Of a stretch of 64,000 nt of DNA, positions 52,801-60,185 are shown piece after piece. Within the stretch, counting starts at the first letter, position 1. The number at the start of each line of letters is the position of its first letter. Under the pieces are notes generated by a model that was given only the letters and a program-made list of their open reading frames with translations, was not told where the DNA came from and did no database searches. The DNA is from an uncultured Planctomycetota bacterium. GTDB lineage: Bacteria; Planctomycetota; Planctomycetia; Isosphaerales; Isosphaeraceae. Location: NCBI GenBank assembly GCA_963845755.1, contig CAWJTV010000035.1:1-64000 (forward strand). Reading direction: 5' to 3'. The position numbers were made by a program, and so were the translations under genes.

Positions 52801-55026
52801 AGTGATGGTGGGATTGGTCGTCGTGCCGACGTTGGCACCGCTGTTGACATCGAGCACGCTGGAGAATACGACGACCGTCATCGAGTCGGTCGAGCCGGCG
52901 TTCAGGCTCAAACTGGACATGCTGTATGAGCTGCTACTGAGAGAAAAAGTACCACCCGAGTTGACCGTGATGTTGGCGTCGGCGCCGGAGAAGGTGGTGT
53001 CGTTGGCAGTGAGGGTGCCGCCGACGGGGAGCTGGGCCGGGGAGCTGCAGCAACCGCCCCCGGCCAGCGTCAGCGAGTCGCCGGCGGCGAAGGTGAGCGT
53101 GCCGTTGTCGGCGAACGTCTGCCCGGCCGCGACGGTCACGGAGATGTTGGCCGCCACGGCCACCTTCGCCCCCGATGCCACCGTGAAGCCCCCGGGGAAT
53201 CCGTAGCTGAGGTTGGTGGTGGTGGTGCCGATGGCGGCCAGGTTGAGCGTGCCGCTGGCGAGCGTGTCGTCGTTGATATTGACTAGGTTGAAGCTGGCAT
53301 TCCCGCCCAGGTATTGCACATCGCCATAAGGCACGTCGATGGGCATGTTGAATGTATCGCCGGTCAGATCGCCGCTGCCGTACACGCTGCTGTCGTTGAT
53401 GGAGAGATAGCTGAGGTTGAAGGTGCTGCCGGCGGCGGTGAGGTGGCCGTTGGGGTTGACCGTGATGTTGGCGTCGGCGCCGGAGAAGGTGGTGTCGTTG
53501 GCCGTGAGGGTGCCGCCGACGGGGAGTAGGGCCGGGGAGCTGCAGCAACCGCCTCCGGCCAGCGTCAGCGAGTCGCCGGCGGCGAAGCTGAGCGTGCCGT
53601 TGTCGGCGAACGTCTGCCCGGCCGCGACGGTCACGGAGATGTTGGCCGCCACGGCCACCTTCGCCCCCGATGCCACCGTGAAGCCCCCGGGGAATCCGTA
53701 GCTGAGGTTGGTGGTGGTGGTGCCGATGGCGGCCAGGTTGAGCGTGCCGCTGGCGAGCGTGTCGTCGTTGATGTTGACCAGGTTGAAGCTGGCATTCCCG
53801 CCCAGGTACTGCACGTCGCCATACGGCACGTTGATCGGCATGTTGAACGCATCGCCGGTCAGATCGCCGCTGCCATACACGCTGCTGTCGTTGATGGAGA
53901 GATAGCTGAGGTTGAAGGTGCTGCCGGCGGCGGTGAGGTGGCCGTTGGGGTTGACCGTGATGTTGGCGTCGGCGCCGGAGAAGGTGGTGTCGTTGGCCGT
54001 GAGGGTGCCGCCGACGGGGAGCTGGGCCGGCGAGCTGCAGCAACCGCCCCCGGCGAGCGTCAGCGAGTCGCCGGCGGCGAAGCTGAGCGTGCCGTTGTCG
54101 GCGAACGTCTGCCCGGCCGCGACGGTCACGGAGATGTTGGCCGCCACGGCCACCTTCGCCCCCGATGCCACCGTGAAGCCCCCGGGGAACCCGTAGCTGA
54201 GGTTGGTGGTGGTGGTGCCGATGGCGGCCAGGTTGAGCGTGCCGCTGGCGAGCGTGTCGTCGTTGATGTTGACCAGGTTGAAGCTGGCATTCCCGCCCAG
54301 GTACTGCACGTCGCCGTACGGCACGTTGATCGGCATGTTGAACGTATCGCCGGTCAGATCGCCGCTGCCATACACGCTGCTGTCGTTAATCGAGAGTGAG
54401 CCGAGGTTGAAGGTGCTGCCGGCGGCGGTGAGGTGGCCGTTGGGGTTGACCGCGATGTTGGCGTCGGCGCCGGAGAAGGTGGTGTCGTTGGCCGTCAGGG
54501 TGCCGCCGACGGCGATCTGGGCCGGGGAGCTGCAGCAACCGCCTCCGGCGAGCGTCAGCGAGTCGCCGGCGGCGAAGGTGAGCGTGCCGTCGTCGGTGAG
54601 TGTCTGCCCGGCCGAGACCGTGACCTTCGCGCCGCTCTCAACATTCAACGAAGCCCCATTGGAGACGATCAGCGAGCCGCCTATCGTGGAGGACGAGCCG
54701 ACGCCCAGCGAAAGCGACCCATTGATCACCTCCAGCGTCGTCGTCGAATCGATGCTCAGATTATCCACCGAATCGGCGAAACCCGACTGGAGATAGACCG
54801 TGGCATTGCCCGTTAACCCCTGGATGACGGCGGTGTCCGCCGCCGTGGGGACTTGAGCCGGGCTCCAATTCTGGCTCTTGTCCCAGTCGCCGCCGGTAGG
54901 CGCCGTGGACGTATTCCAAGTAATTGTCGAAAGCACGAGCCGGGCTTCGAGACCTTCGAACTCGAGCTCTCGGCTGAGCGACCGCCGTCGTGCCGCCCGC
55001 TGGCGTTTCAAGACGTCGAAACCCAC
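46885..55026 (-). CDS. Giant extracellular/adhesin-like protein (2,713 aa): beta-strand repeats + Ig-like repeats
   Basis: N-terminal RRR...FEGLEARLVLS planctomycete extracellular leader; 165 aa repeats; many ~105 aa units (LVIQTQPS.TA.AGQ.F..QPVI.EEDQYGN); PT linker; Thr/Ser/Gly-rich. Confidence 0.9.
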   Translation of the reverse strand: MGFDVLKRQRAARRRSLSRELEFEGLEARLVLSTITWNTSTAPTGGDWDKSQNWSPAQVPTAADTAVIQGLTGNATVYLQSGFADSVDNLSIDSTTTLEVINGSLSLGVGSSSTIGGSLIVSNGASLNVESGAKVTVSAGQTLTDDGTLTFAAGDSLTLAGGGCCSSPAQIAVGGTLTANDTTFSGADANIAVNPNGHLTAAGSTFNLGSLSINDSSVYGSGDLTGDTFNMPINVPYGDVQYLGGNASFNLVNINDDTLASGTLNLAAIGTTTTNLSYGFPGGFTVASGAKVAVAANISVTVAAGQTFADNGTLSFAAGDSLTLAGGGCCSSPAQLPVGGTLTANDTTFSGADANITVNPNGHLTAAGSTFNLSYLSINDSSVYGSGDLTGDAFNMPINVPYGDVQYLGGNASFNLVNINDDTLASGTLNLAAIGTTTTNLSYGFPGGFTVASGAKVAVAANISVTVAAGQTFADNGTLSFAAGDSLTLAGGGCCSSPALLPVGGTLTANDTTFSGADANITVNPNGHLTAAGSTFNLSYLSINDSSVYGSGDLTGDTFNMPIDVPYGDVQYLGGNASFNLVNINDDTLASGTLNLAAIGTTTTNLSYGFPGGFTVASGAKVAVAANISVTVAAGQTFADNGTLTFAAGDSLTLAGGGCCSSPAQLPVGGTLTANDTTFSGADANITVNSGGTFSLSSSSYSMSSLSLNAGSTDSMTVVVFSSVLDVNSGANVGTTTNPTITGNDFSNVGNQGIVAIGDPNATIPLSGNYWGTSVISAIQAKILDHNTPDSSRPTIGYKPFVSTASGTSADSATYPFSTTNQTIQLTATVSTSPAGVAISGGNETFTILNGTQVIAQSSSVQVSNGSATAPFTLPGNTSAGQYLIEASYSGYTNPTTGASYLPATDISHFLTISPVATSTTVTKASATFNASSSQSIPLSATVSSTAGTINEGIVTFTIYNGGTIVGSPVIENVANDAAAGNYTLLAGTPGGSYTIQAVYTDPVDFTTSTNTNTLTVSAAPTTITPSNATTTYNATTGEGITLSANVSSSGGTPNEGSVTFKILNGTTQLVSPINVNVANGLASTNYVLPAGTAVGSYTIQAVYGGTASYAPSNPVDSTLTVASGPAKWVVHTEPSSGATAGQAFGTQPVVYEEDSSGNLVTSDNTTSVTATIGSGTGPLAGTVTVTVVGGVATFSNLAADTADTITLSFSGANLTSATSTTIAITPAAASQLVVTQQPSGRATAGQVFATQPLVSEEDQYGNVVTSDNTHTVTAVRGDVGSGTLQGTNLTATFVGGVATFSGLSYDVAETMNIGFSTNASGVTSTTSDDVVVSGAAASKLVIVTQPSATATAGQPFVTQPVVYEEDQYGNLFTGDNSTVVTAMLSTGAGPLIGTTTATVSGGVARFTNLGDATAETAKLEFTSGTMASQPSNAIVVSPAPASKLVIATQPSTTATAGQSFAVQPVIYIEDASGNIEKTDNSSVITVSLASGTGPLQGKTLTVTAVNGVATFSGLGDNTAETIALKFSGDSLTAGPSNNIVVNPAAPFRLKIQTQPSSTASAGKALSTQPVIDELDQYGNLETTDSSTVITASLSFGNGPLLGNATATLVGGVATFTNLADSSIGTISLGFVGGGLSVGPSSQIVINPGPATQLVIQTQPYPSVTAGNPLTDPIVVDEEDQYGNIVTTDNSTVLTASLATGSGTLDGTTTATVVKGVASFNDLEDDKAGSLSLQFVAPGLAAVISQTSVVNSGPGTKIITRPPGSVTSGKSFTAEVDAYDNFGNLATSFDGSVTVGLANGSAGNLSGTLTMTATNGVAQFNNLVTTVSGSISLDASSGTLASTPSSSVTVSPAVPSQLVIQTQPSQTAAAGQAFAIQPVIWEEDPYGNLETSDSTTVVTAYLASGTGPLQGSSLTATVVGGVATFAGLSDNTAETITLKFAGGGFTSAASIPIVVRPAAPSKLVIQTEPSSTATVHQPIATQPVIKEEDQFGNLETGDNSTLITAKLQTGNGPLMGTTAITLSGGVATFTNLSDNTPETIALDFTGGGLTSAASGSIVVSPAAAAKLVIQTQPSPTALAGQAFTNQPVIDEEDQYGDIETSDNSTAVTAFLASGSGGLQGTTAVTLKDGVAAFTNITDDTVGTYTLGFTGGGFTSVASLPVVVSPGSASKLVLQEQLAPTATAGQTFAIQPVIKEEDAYGNLEAGDNSTLVTATLKPGQGPLLGTASATVIGGIATFTGLSDNHAGTISLGFSDNGVTSSPTAIVVSPAVATKLVIQTQPSPTAVAGQPFSTQPAIAEEDQYNNVETGDNSTVISAALASGAGPLQGMTKVTLTSGVASFTNLADDLVETITLEFTGGGLTAGPTNAIAVSPAAASQFVIQTQPSTTALAGQVFATQPVIYEEDRFHNVETGDNTTVVTVSLVGGAGPLQGTTATVVKGVATFTNLADNRAETTALTFTSGSLASPTSRSITTSPGSATQLVVTTPPPSTLTPGQTFTLGVSAEDRYGNVATSYSGNVTVSLPNNPGFTTTVPAQNGVATFTALSANTSDQGEPIQVTSGSLSPPSSPHVPTPPTPTPTPTPTPTVTGEQIVLTYLKHNKKGKPIGKPVVKIVFDFSVPMNAGTAANRNNYQVVGFSTKKGKRITQPISVSASLDPSDTIVTLLTSATQKSFTTGGQITVIYSPPGGVSSAAGASLAAGDSTFTISPKATSVS
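52960..54600 (-). repeat. ~3.3 near-identical 495 bp tandem repeats within the adhesin gene
   Basis: LAGGGCCSSPA codons recur at ~53047, 53542, 54037 and 54532. Shadow ORFs are offset by exactly 495 bp (53417/53912, 53708/54203). Confidence 0.92.
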
Positions 55027-55503
55027 GTCCGCCAGCCGCCATCCTCCCAGTGGCCACGTCGTGGCACCTACGCGCCGGATGCCGCTTCACCCTGTTGTTG
55101 GTCATGGTCCTTCGCCTCTCTGTCTTCTTTACAGTCGTTTACATAGGATCTGGGACTAAATGGGTGGGTAGGGCGTAGCGTCGTCGGTTTCGAAAGTAAA
55201 AAATGGGAACACGCGATGGACGGACACTCGACGGACTCAGTCGTCGAGCCGGCTCTCCGCGGGCCGTGCCGGCGCGATCTCGAAATCCCGACTCTCTTCG
55301 GTAGTGCTGACTTCCGAGGAGGCGCAAGAACGATTCACGTGCATGCGCATCGCTGCGCATTCAACAGCGGTCCGTAAAGATTACGAAGGCTCTAGTCACG
55401 GCAACTTCGTTGATGATCTTGGCCCGGTCGCTTAAGGCGCGACCGGGATCGGTAATGCTTTATATGGCGACTTGACGCCAATTCTGTTTGCAAGTGAACG
55501 GCT

Positions 55504-56514
55504 TCAGCGGATACGTAAGGCAAATTCAAGCTGACGTATCGCCTCGATAAGGGAATTCCATGCACGTGCGTGATGCGCGGCTGCGTTCGATGGCGAACCC
55601 AGATGACCCTCAATCGTCCTCAACTTGTGGAGCGAATCGCGTAAAATCCCGTCGGATTGCGATTGGGGCATGTCTCCTAGGCCGACGCTAGAGCCGAGGC
55701 CCATCGCAGCCGACGAGCCCAGGTGTCCAAGTGCTTGGTTGACGTGATGCAACGCCTGGACACGGTGTCCCTGATAGTCGTGGTCGGCCTCCTGGAGTCT
55801 CGTATGCACGGTCCGCAAGAGGTTGACGCTCCCTTGGTCCTGGGCGAGCAGGTGTTTCCCCTCAGCCTGATTCCGCTTGGCGTTCTCCTCGCGCTTGACC
55901 GCGTCGGGCCTTCCTTTACTGGATTCCTGTCGCTTGGCGTCGGCCCGACTGCTCGTTTTCTCGTTCCGACCCTTCTCCAATTGGGCCGCGGTCGCCTTCC
56001 CGGCTTTCCCCTTGCGGTTGCCCGCGCCCCCGGGATTCTTCGAATCGGCAAACGATCGAAAGTGGTCGTACATCGCGTCGTACGACTTTCCCTGGACTTT
56101 CCGTTTCTTCTGCTCGGCCGCCCAGCGGTTGAAATCCGCCGGTGTTTTGAAGTTGCCGAGTTTTCCCTGGTGTTCAGCGCCACCGTTCGCCTTCAGATGA
56201 TCGTGGAATTGCTTCACCTGTGCGTCGTACTGCTTCTGAGCTTCCTGCTGCCGCCTTGCATATTCCTTCTGCATCTCTTGCTGCTGCTTGATGTACTGTT
56301 GCTGCATCTGCCGTTGTTGCTGCTCGATCTGTTTCTGGATGTGGGCAGGAGGGCGCTGCATTCCGCCGTTTCCGGGGTGCTGCGCCGGGTGATGCGGCAT
56401 CTGCCCCCGCGAAGCCCCGCCGCCGCCCCGGTGCTGGGCCATCGCTGCACAGAACTCACCCGAGAGGGTCGGCAGCAGGAAGACAAACATCGTCAGAACC
56501 ACGTGCTTCTTCAT
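55504..56514 (-). CDS. Secreted hypothetical protein: Gln-rich coiled coil, His-rich helical C-terminus
   Basis: Signal-peptide-like N-terminus; AGAGGAG RBS; LQEADHDYQGHRVQALHHV...HHARA. Confidence 0.7.
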   Translation of the reverse strand: MKKHVVLTMFVFLLPTLSGEFCAAMAQHRGGGGASRGQMPHHPAQHPGNGGMQRPPAHIQKQIEQQQRQMQQQYIKQQQEMQKEYARRQQEAQKQYDAQVKQFHDHLKANGGAEHQGKLGNFKTPADFNRWAAEQKKRKVQGKSYDAMYDHFRSFADSKNPGGAGNRKGKAGKATAAQLEKGRNEKTSSRADAKRQESSKGRPDAVKREENAKRNQAEGKHLLAQDQGSVNLLRTVHTRLQEADHDYQGHRVQALHHVNQALGHLGSSAAMGLGSSVGLGDMPQSQSDGILRDSLHKLRTIEGHLGSPSNAAAHHARAWNSLIEAIRQLEFALRIR

Positions 56515-56931
56515 GGGTGGTCTCCTCTTGGGAGTGCGAGTGGTCTCCTAGGTGATTACGAAGAGACTTTTCATGTAATTGAAAATCTAAATGTAATTAA
56601 TATTTCGATCGATGGTGATGGGCACCTAGTCTGATATCATGCAGGCGCGCATTGTGGCCAGGGCAAGCCGCGCGTCGCGCGGAACGATCCCCGGCTTATC
56701 CGAGAGATGTGATCGAGGGAATCGGTAACAAAACCAAACGCTTGATCGGAATTGGCGCGCAAGTCAGCGGTCGGCAGAACGTCCTACTTCGTGGTGTTTG
56801 TGAGGATCGACCCGCGGCGCACCGTTGCCCCGGCGATTCGTCGCAAGGTATGATGCTTGCCATCGCCTGATGGTGCAGTTCACTTCTGGTGGCCTATCAT
56901 GATTACGACGTGTTTAGTCACGGGGCTGGGG

Positions 56932-57642
56932 ATGAGGCTGATGTCTCGATCGCGCAAGCCTCGGACCGCGCCGCAGGGGGACGTGCCGGATCCCGATAGC
57001 GGAAAGACCAGCGCGACCTTGCTCGACCGCGTGCGCGACTGGCGGGACCATCCGGCGTGGATGGCGTTCTTCGAGCGATACAATCCCCTGCTGCGCCGGT
57101 GGTGCGGCCGATTCGGGCTCGACGCTGACACATCGGACGACCTCTGTCAGCGCATCTGGGTCGAGCTGATGGCGCGGATGCGGACCTTCCGCTACGACCC
57201 GAGCCGCGGATACCGCAACTGGCTCTGGCGGCTGTTTCGGTCCCGGGCCATCGACCTGCTCCGGAAGCGCCGGTCGATCTCGCTGTCGTCCTTGGACAAC
57301 TTTTCGGTGGAGGCCATGCTCCCGACTTTCCCGGATCCCGAGGCGAGAGAGGATACGGCGGAAGCGAAAGGGAAGGCCGAATCGTTGATTCTTCACCGAT
57401 TGGCCACCGAGGCGCAAGAGGCGGTCCGATCCCGCGTCGATCCCGAGACCTGGCGCGCCTACTGGTGCGTCGCGATCGAGGATCGGCCATTCCGGGAAAC
57501 CGCCGAAACCCTTGGGAAAACGTACACCGCGATTTATAATGGCTACAAGCGCGTCGATCGGATGCTTCGTATCGAGGGTGAGCGACGTCTCGCCGCCCTT
57601 CTTGCTTCTGGTCCCCAATCGTCGGATCCTGGTCAACGTTGA
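56932..57642 (+). CDS. ECF sigma-70 factor (planctomycete kinase-associated type)
   Basis: TSATLLDRVR, AWMAFFERYNPLL, DDLCQ, YDPSRGYRNWL, AIDLLR, ETAETLGKTYTAIY. Confidence 0.85.
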   Translation: MRLMSRSRKPRTAPQGDVPDPDSGKTSATLLDRVRDWRDHPAWMAFFERYNPLLRRWCGRFGLDADTSDDLCQRIWVELMARMRTFRYDPSRGYRNWLWRLFRSRAIDLLRKRRSISLSSLDNFSVEAMLPTFPDPEAREDTAEAKGKAESLILHRLATEAQEAVRSRVDPETWRAYWCVAIEDRPFRETAETLGKTYTAIYNGYKRVDRMLRIEGERRLAALLASGPQSSDPGQR

Positions 57643-57671
57643 CGACACCCCAGAGAGTAAGGGGAACGGCC

Positions 57672-60011
57672 ATGGTGGATTGTCCTCCCGCCGCCGTGCT
57701 GGCGCGGCTTGGGACCGAGATGATGATGGAAGCCGAGACGCTCGATGCGGTCGAAGGGCACATCGAGTCCTGTATCGCGTGCCAGGAGCGGCTCCAGCGA
57801 CTGGCACAGGCCGACGCATTCGGCGAACAGCTCACGACGCTGTTGCTCCCGGGATCGGCCGAAACTCCGAGGATCCCCGGCTTCGTGATCGAGCGCGAGC
57901 TGGGCCGGGGCAGCACGGGCGTGGTATATCAGGCGCTGGAACCGAACCTGGGGCGGCGGGTGGCCCTGAAGGTCGTGCGCAGCGGCCCGTCGGCGGGCTC
58001 GCACGACCACGCGCGTTGGCTCCGTGAGGCCCGCGCCTTCGCGCGGGTGCGGCACGACAATGTGGTTCGGCTCTACCAGGTTGGAGAGGCCGACGGCTGG
58101 CTCTACATGGTCCTCGAACTCGTCCCTGGCGGGACGCTGGAACAGCGACTCGAGGTCCCTATTGCGCCCCGGGATGCCGCCTTGCTCCTGGAGACGATCG
58201 CCGAGGCGGTGATCGCCATCCATCGCGAAGGCTTGATCCATCGGGACCTCAAACCCTCGAACATCCTGCTCGACGCCGGTCCGGAGACCCCACGCGAGCA
58301 CGCGATTCCCCGCGTCGGGGATTTCGGCATCGCCATTCGCTCCGACGAACCCGACTCGAGCCTGGCGACCGCGCCCTGGGCCGGCCCGGTCGGGACGCCG
58401 TCGTACATGGCGCCGGAGCAGGTGGCGTCCGATCGCGCGAAGCTCGGCCCGGCCACCGATGTCTATGGCCTGGGCGCGATCCTCTATCACCTGCTGACGG
58501 GCCGTCGACCGTTCGCGGCGGCGAGCGTCATCGACACGCTGGACCAGGTGCGCCTCCAGGATCCCGTGCCGCCGCGACGTCTCAATCCGACCGTGCCGCG
58601 CGACCTCGAGACCATCTGCCTGAAGTGCCTCCAGAAGGAGCCGGCTCGGCGCTACGAGTCGGCCGGGGCCGTCGCCAGCGACCTGAGGCGGTGGCTCGAC
58701 GGGCGCTCGATCCACGCGCGTCCCGTCTCTCCGCTCGAGACGACCCGACGCTGGTGTCGCCGCCGACCGGCCGTAGCCGCGCTGGCGGTGGCGCTCATGA
58801 TCGCTCTGTCGGGCGGGTTCCTGGGGATGTTCGTGCTCTGGCGGCACGCGGAAGCCGAGCGACACCGTGCCGAGGCCGATCACGGCGTGGCCCTCGCCGT
58901 GCTCGCCGAGGTCCTCGGCTTCGGCGAGAAAGGCGTCTTCGCCAATGTGGTCGTCACCCGCGATGATCTGATCAAGTCCCTCCGGGCCGGGCGGAGCCGG
59001 ATCATCGAACTGGCCGGGCCCCGCTCGGATGATCCCGCGATCTGGAAACACCTCGCACTTGTCGACCAGCTCCTCGGGAGGAACCTGGATCTCGAAGAGC
59101 GACTGGATGAAGCCCTCCCGCTCCATTTCGAGGCACTCCAATACTGGGAAAAGATATTCCAGAACGGATTTCGGGACGGGAGTACGCGGAACCGACGATG
59201 GAATTCCTTGGTCTGCATCGCGCGGGTCCTCGAACAACGGGGAGAAACGTCGGAAAGCATCCGATACTGGGAGCTGGCGATCACGGCGGGCGAGGACCTG
59301 GTGCCCATATTCGTGGCCTACGAGCAACTGGCCGAGTGTCGCCTGTCTCTGGCGCGGCTGGTGGCTCGCCTGGGCGATCACGGGCGAGCCCGCACGATCC
59401 TGGAGGCGAACGTCCGGATGCTGAGCGAACTGGGTCCGCAGGCCCTGACTCTCGGGGCCAGGGAACGGTTGTTCCAGAGTCGATTTCGGCTCTGCGGCCT
59501 CGGTCAGGAATCCGAGGAGGTTACGGCGGAAGCTTGGGCGGCGCGGACCATCAGGCTCCTCCCCCCACTCTGCCGCGCCGAAACGGTCGATGCGGCCTCC
59601 GAAGCCGAGATCGGCCGGCGAGTCGGGCAGTCTCTCCACGAAACCGCGTCGCGGCAACGACGGAGCGGGCGGATCGACAAGGCCGGGCAGACCATCGATC
59701 GGTTGCACGCCTTCACGTGTCTCCTGGTCGAGCGATATCCCGACCAACCGTCGGCCCGCGTGGCACGGAGTCAATCTTACGCACAGTACGCCAAGAATGC
59801 CTGGCGTACGGGTGACCGGGTCGCCGTCGAACGATACTGGAACCTTGCGCTCGAAGAGGCCCGTCACGCCCTGTCACTGAATCCCCAATACACGCTCGCT
59901 CGCTCCGAGGTCGTCAGTCTTCGGCGACGGCTCGAGGACCTCCTGGCCACGAATCCGGTCTCCCCGGCGTCGGGCCGCACGGCCCCACTCGCGTTGCTGA
60001 CGGGTTCGTGA
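57672..60011 (+). CDS. Ser/Thr protein kinase with N-terminal zf-HC2 (ZAS) motif, TM segment and helical/TPR-like C-terminus
   Basis: HIESCIAC; GRGSTGVVY, VALK, HRDLKPSNIL, DFG, GTPSYMAPEQ, DLETICLKCL; hydrophobic segment after RRRP. Confidence 0.9.
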   Translation: MVDCPPAAVLARLGTEMMMEAETLDAVEGHIESCIACQERLQRLAQADAFGEQLTTLLLPGSAETPRIPGFVIERELGRGSTGVVYQALEPNLGRRVALKVVRSGPSAGSHDHARWLREARAFARVRHDNVVRLYQVGEADGWLYMVLELVPGGTLEQRLEVPIAPRDAALLLETIAEAVIAIHREGLIHRDLKPSNILLDAGPETPREHAIPRVGDFGIAIRSDEPDSSLATAPWAGPVGTPSYMAPEQVASDRAKLGPATDVYGLGAILYHLLTGRRPFAAASVIDTLDQVRLQDPVPPRRLNPTVPRDLETICLKCLQKEPARRYESAGAVASDLRRWLDGRSIHARPVSPLETTRRWCRRRPAVAALAVALMIALSGGFLGMFVLWRHAEAERHRAEADHGVALAVLAEVLGFGEKGVFANVVVTRDDLIKSLRAGRSRIIELAGPRSDDPAIWKHLALVDQLLGRNLDLEERLDEALPLHFEALQYWEKIFQNGFRDGSTRNRRWNSLVCIARVLEQRGETSESIRYWELAITAGEDLVPIFVAYEQLAECRLSLARLVARLGDHGRARTILEANVRMLSELGPQALTLGARERLFQSRFRLCGLGQESEEVTAEAWAARTIRLLPPLCRAETVDAASEAEIGRRVGQSLHETASRQRRSGRIDKAGQTIDRLHAFTCLLVERYPDQPSARVARSQSYAQYAKNAWRTGDRVAVERYWNLALEEARHALSLNPQYTLARSEVVSLRRRLEDLLATNPVSPASGRTAPLALLTGS

Positions 60012-60185
60012 CGCTCGGAATCGCGGCGTCCTGTGACCCTCAAGGCGTATCTCGCCGGGTCGAATCCGCGCGGCCCCGCAGACTCGTCTCCTCTTGCCGC
60101 ATCCGGGTCAGGTCCGTACGCTAAGGGTTTGCCGATCCGCGTCTTGGATCAGCGGATGGTGACCGGACTCATTGGGATGGATGTA

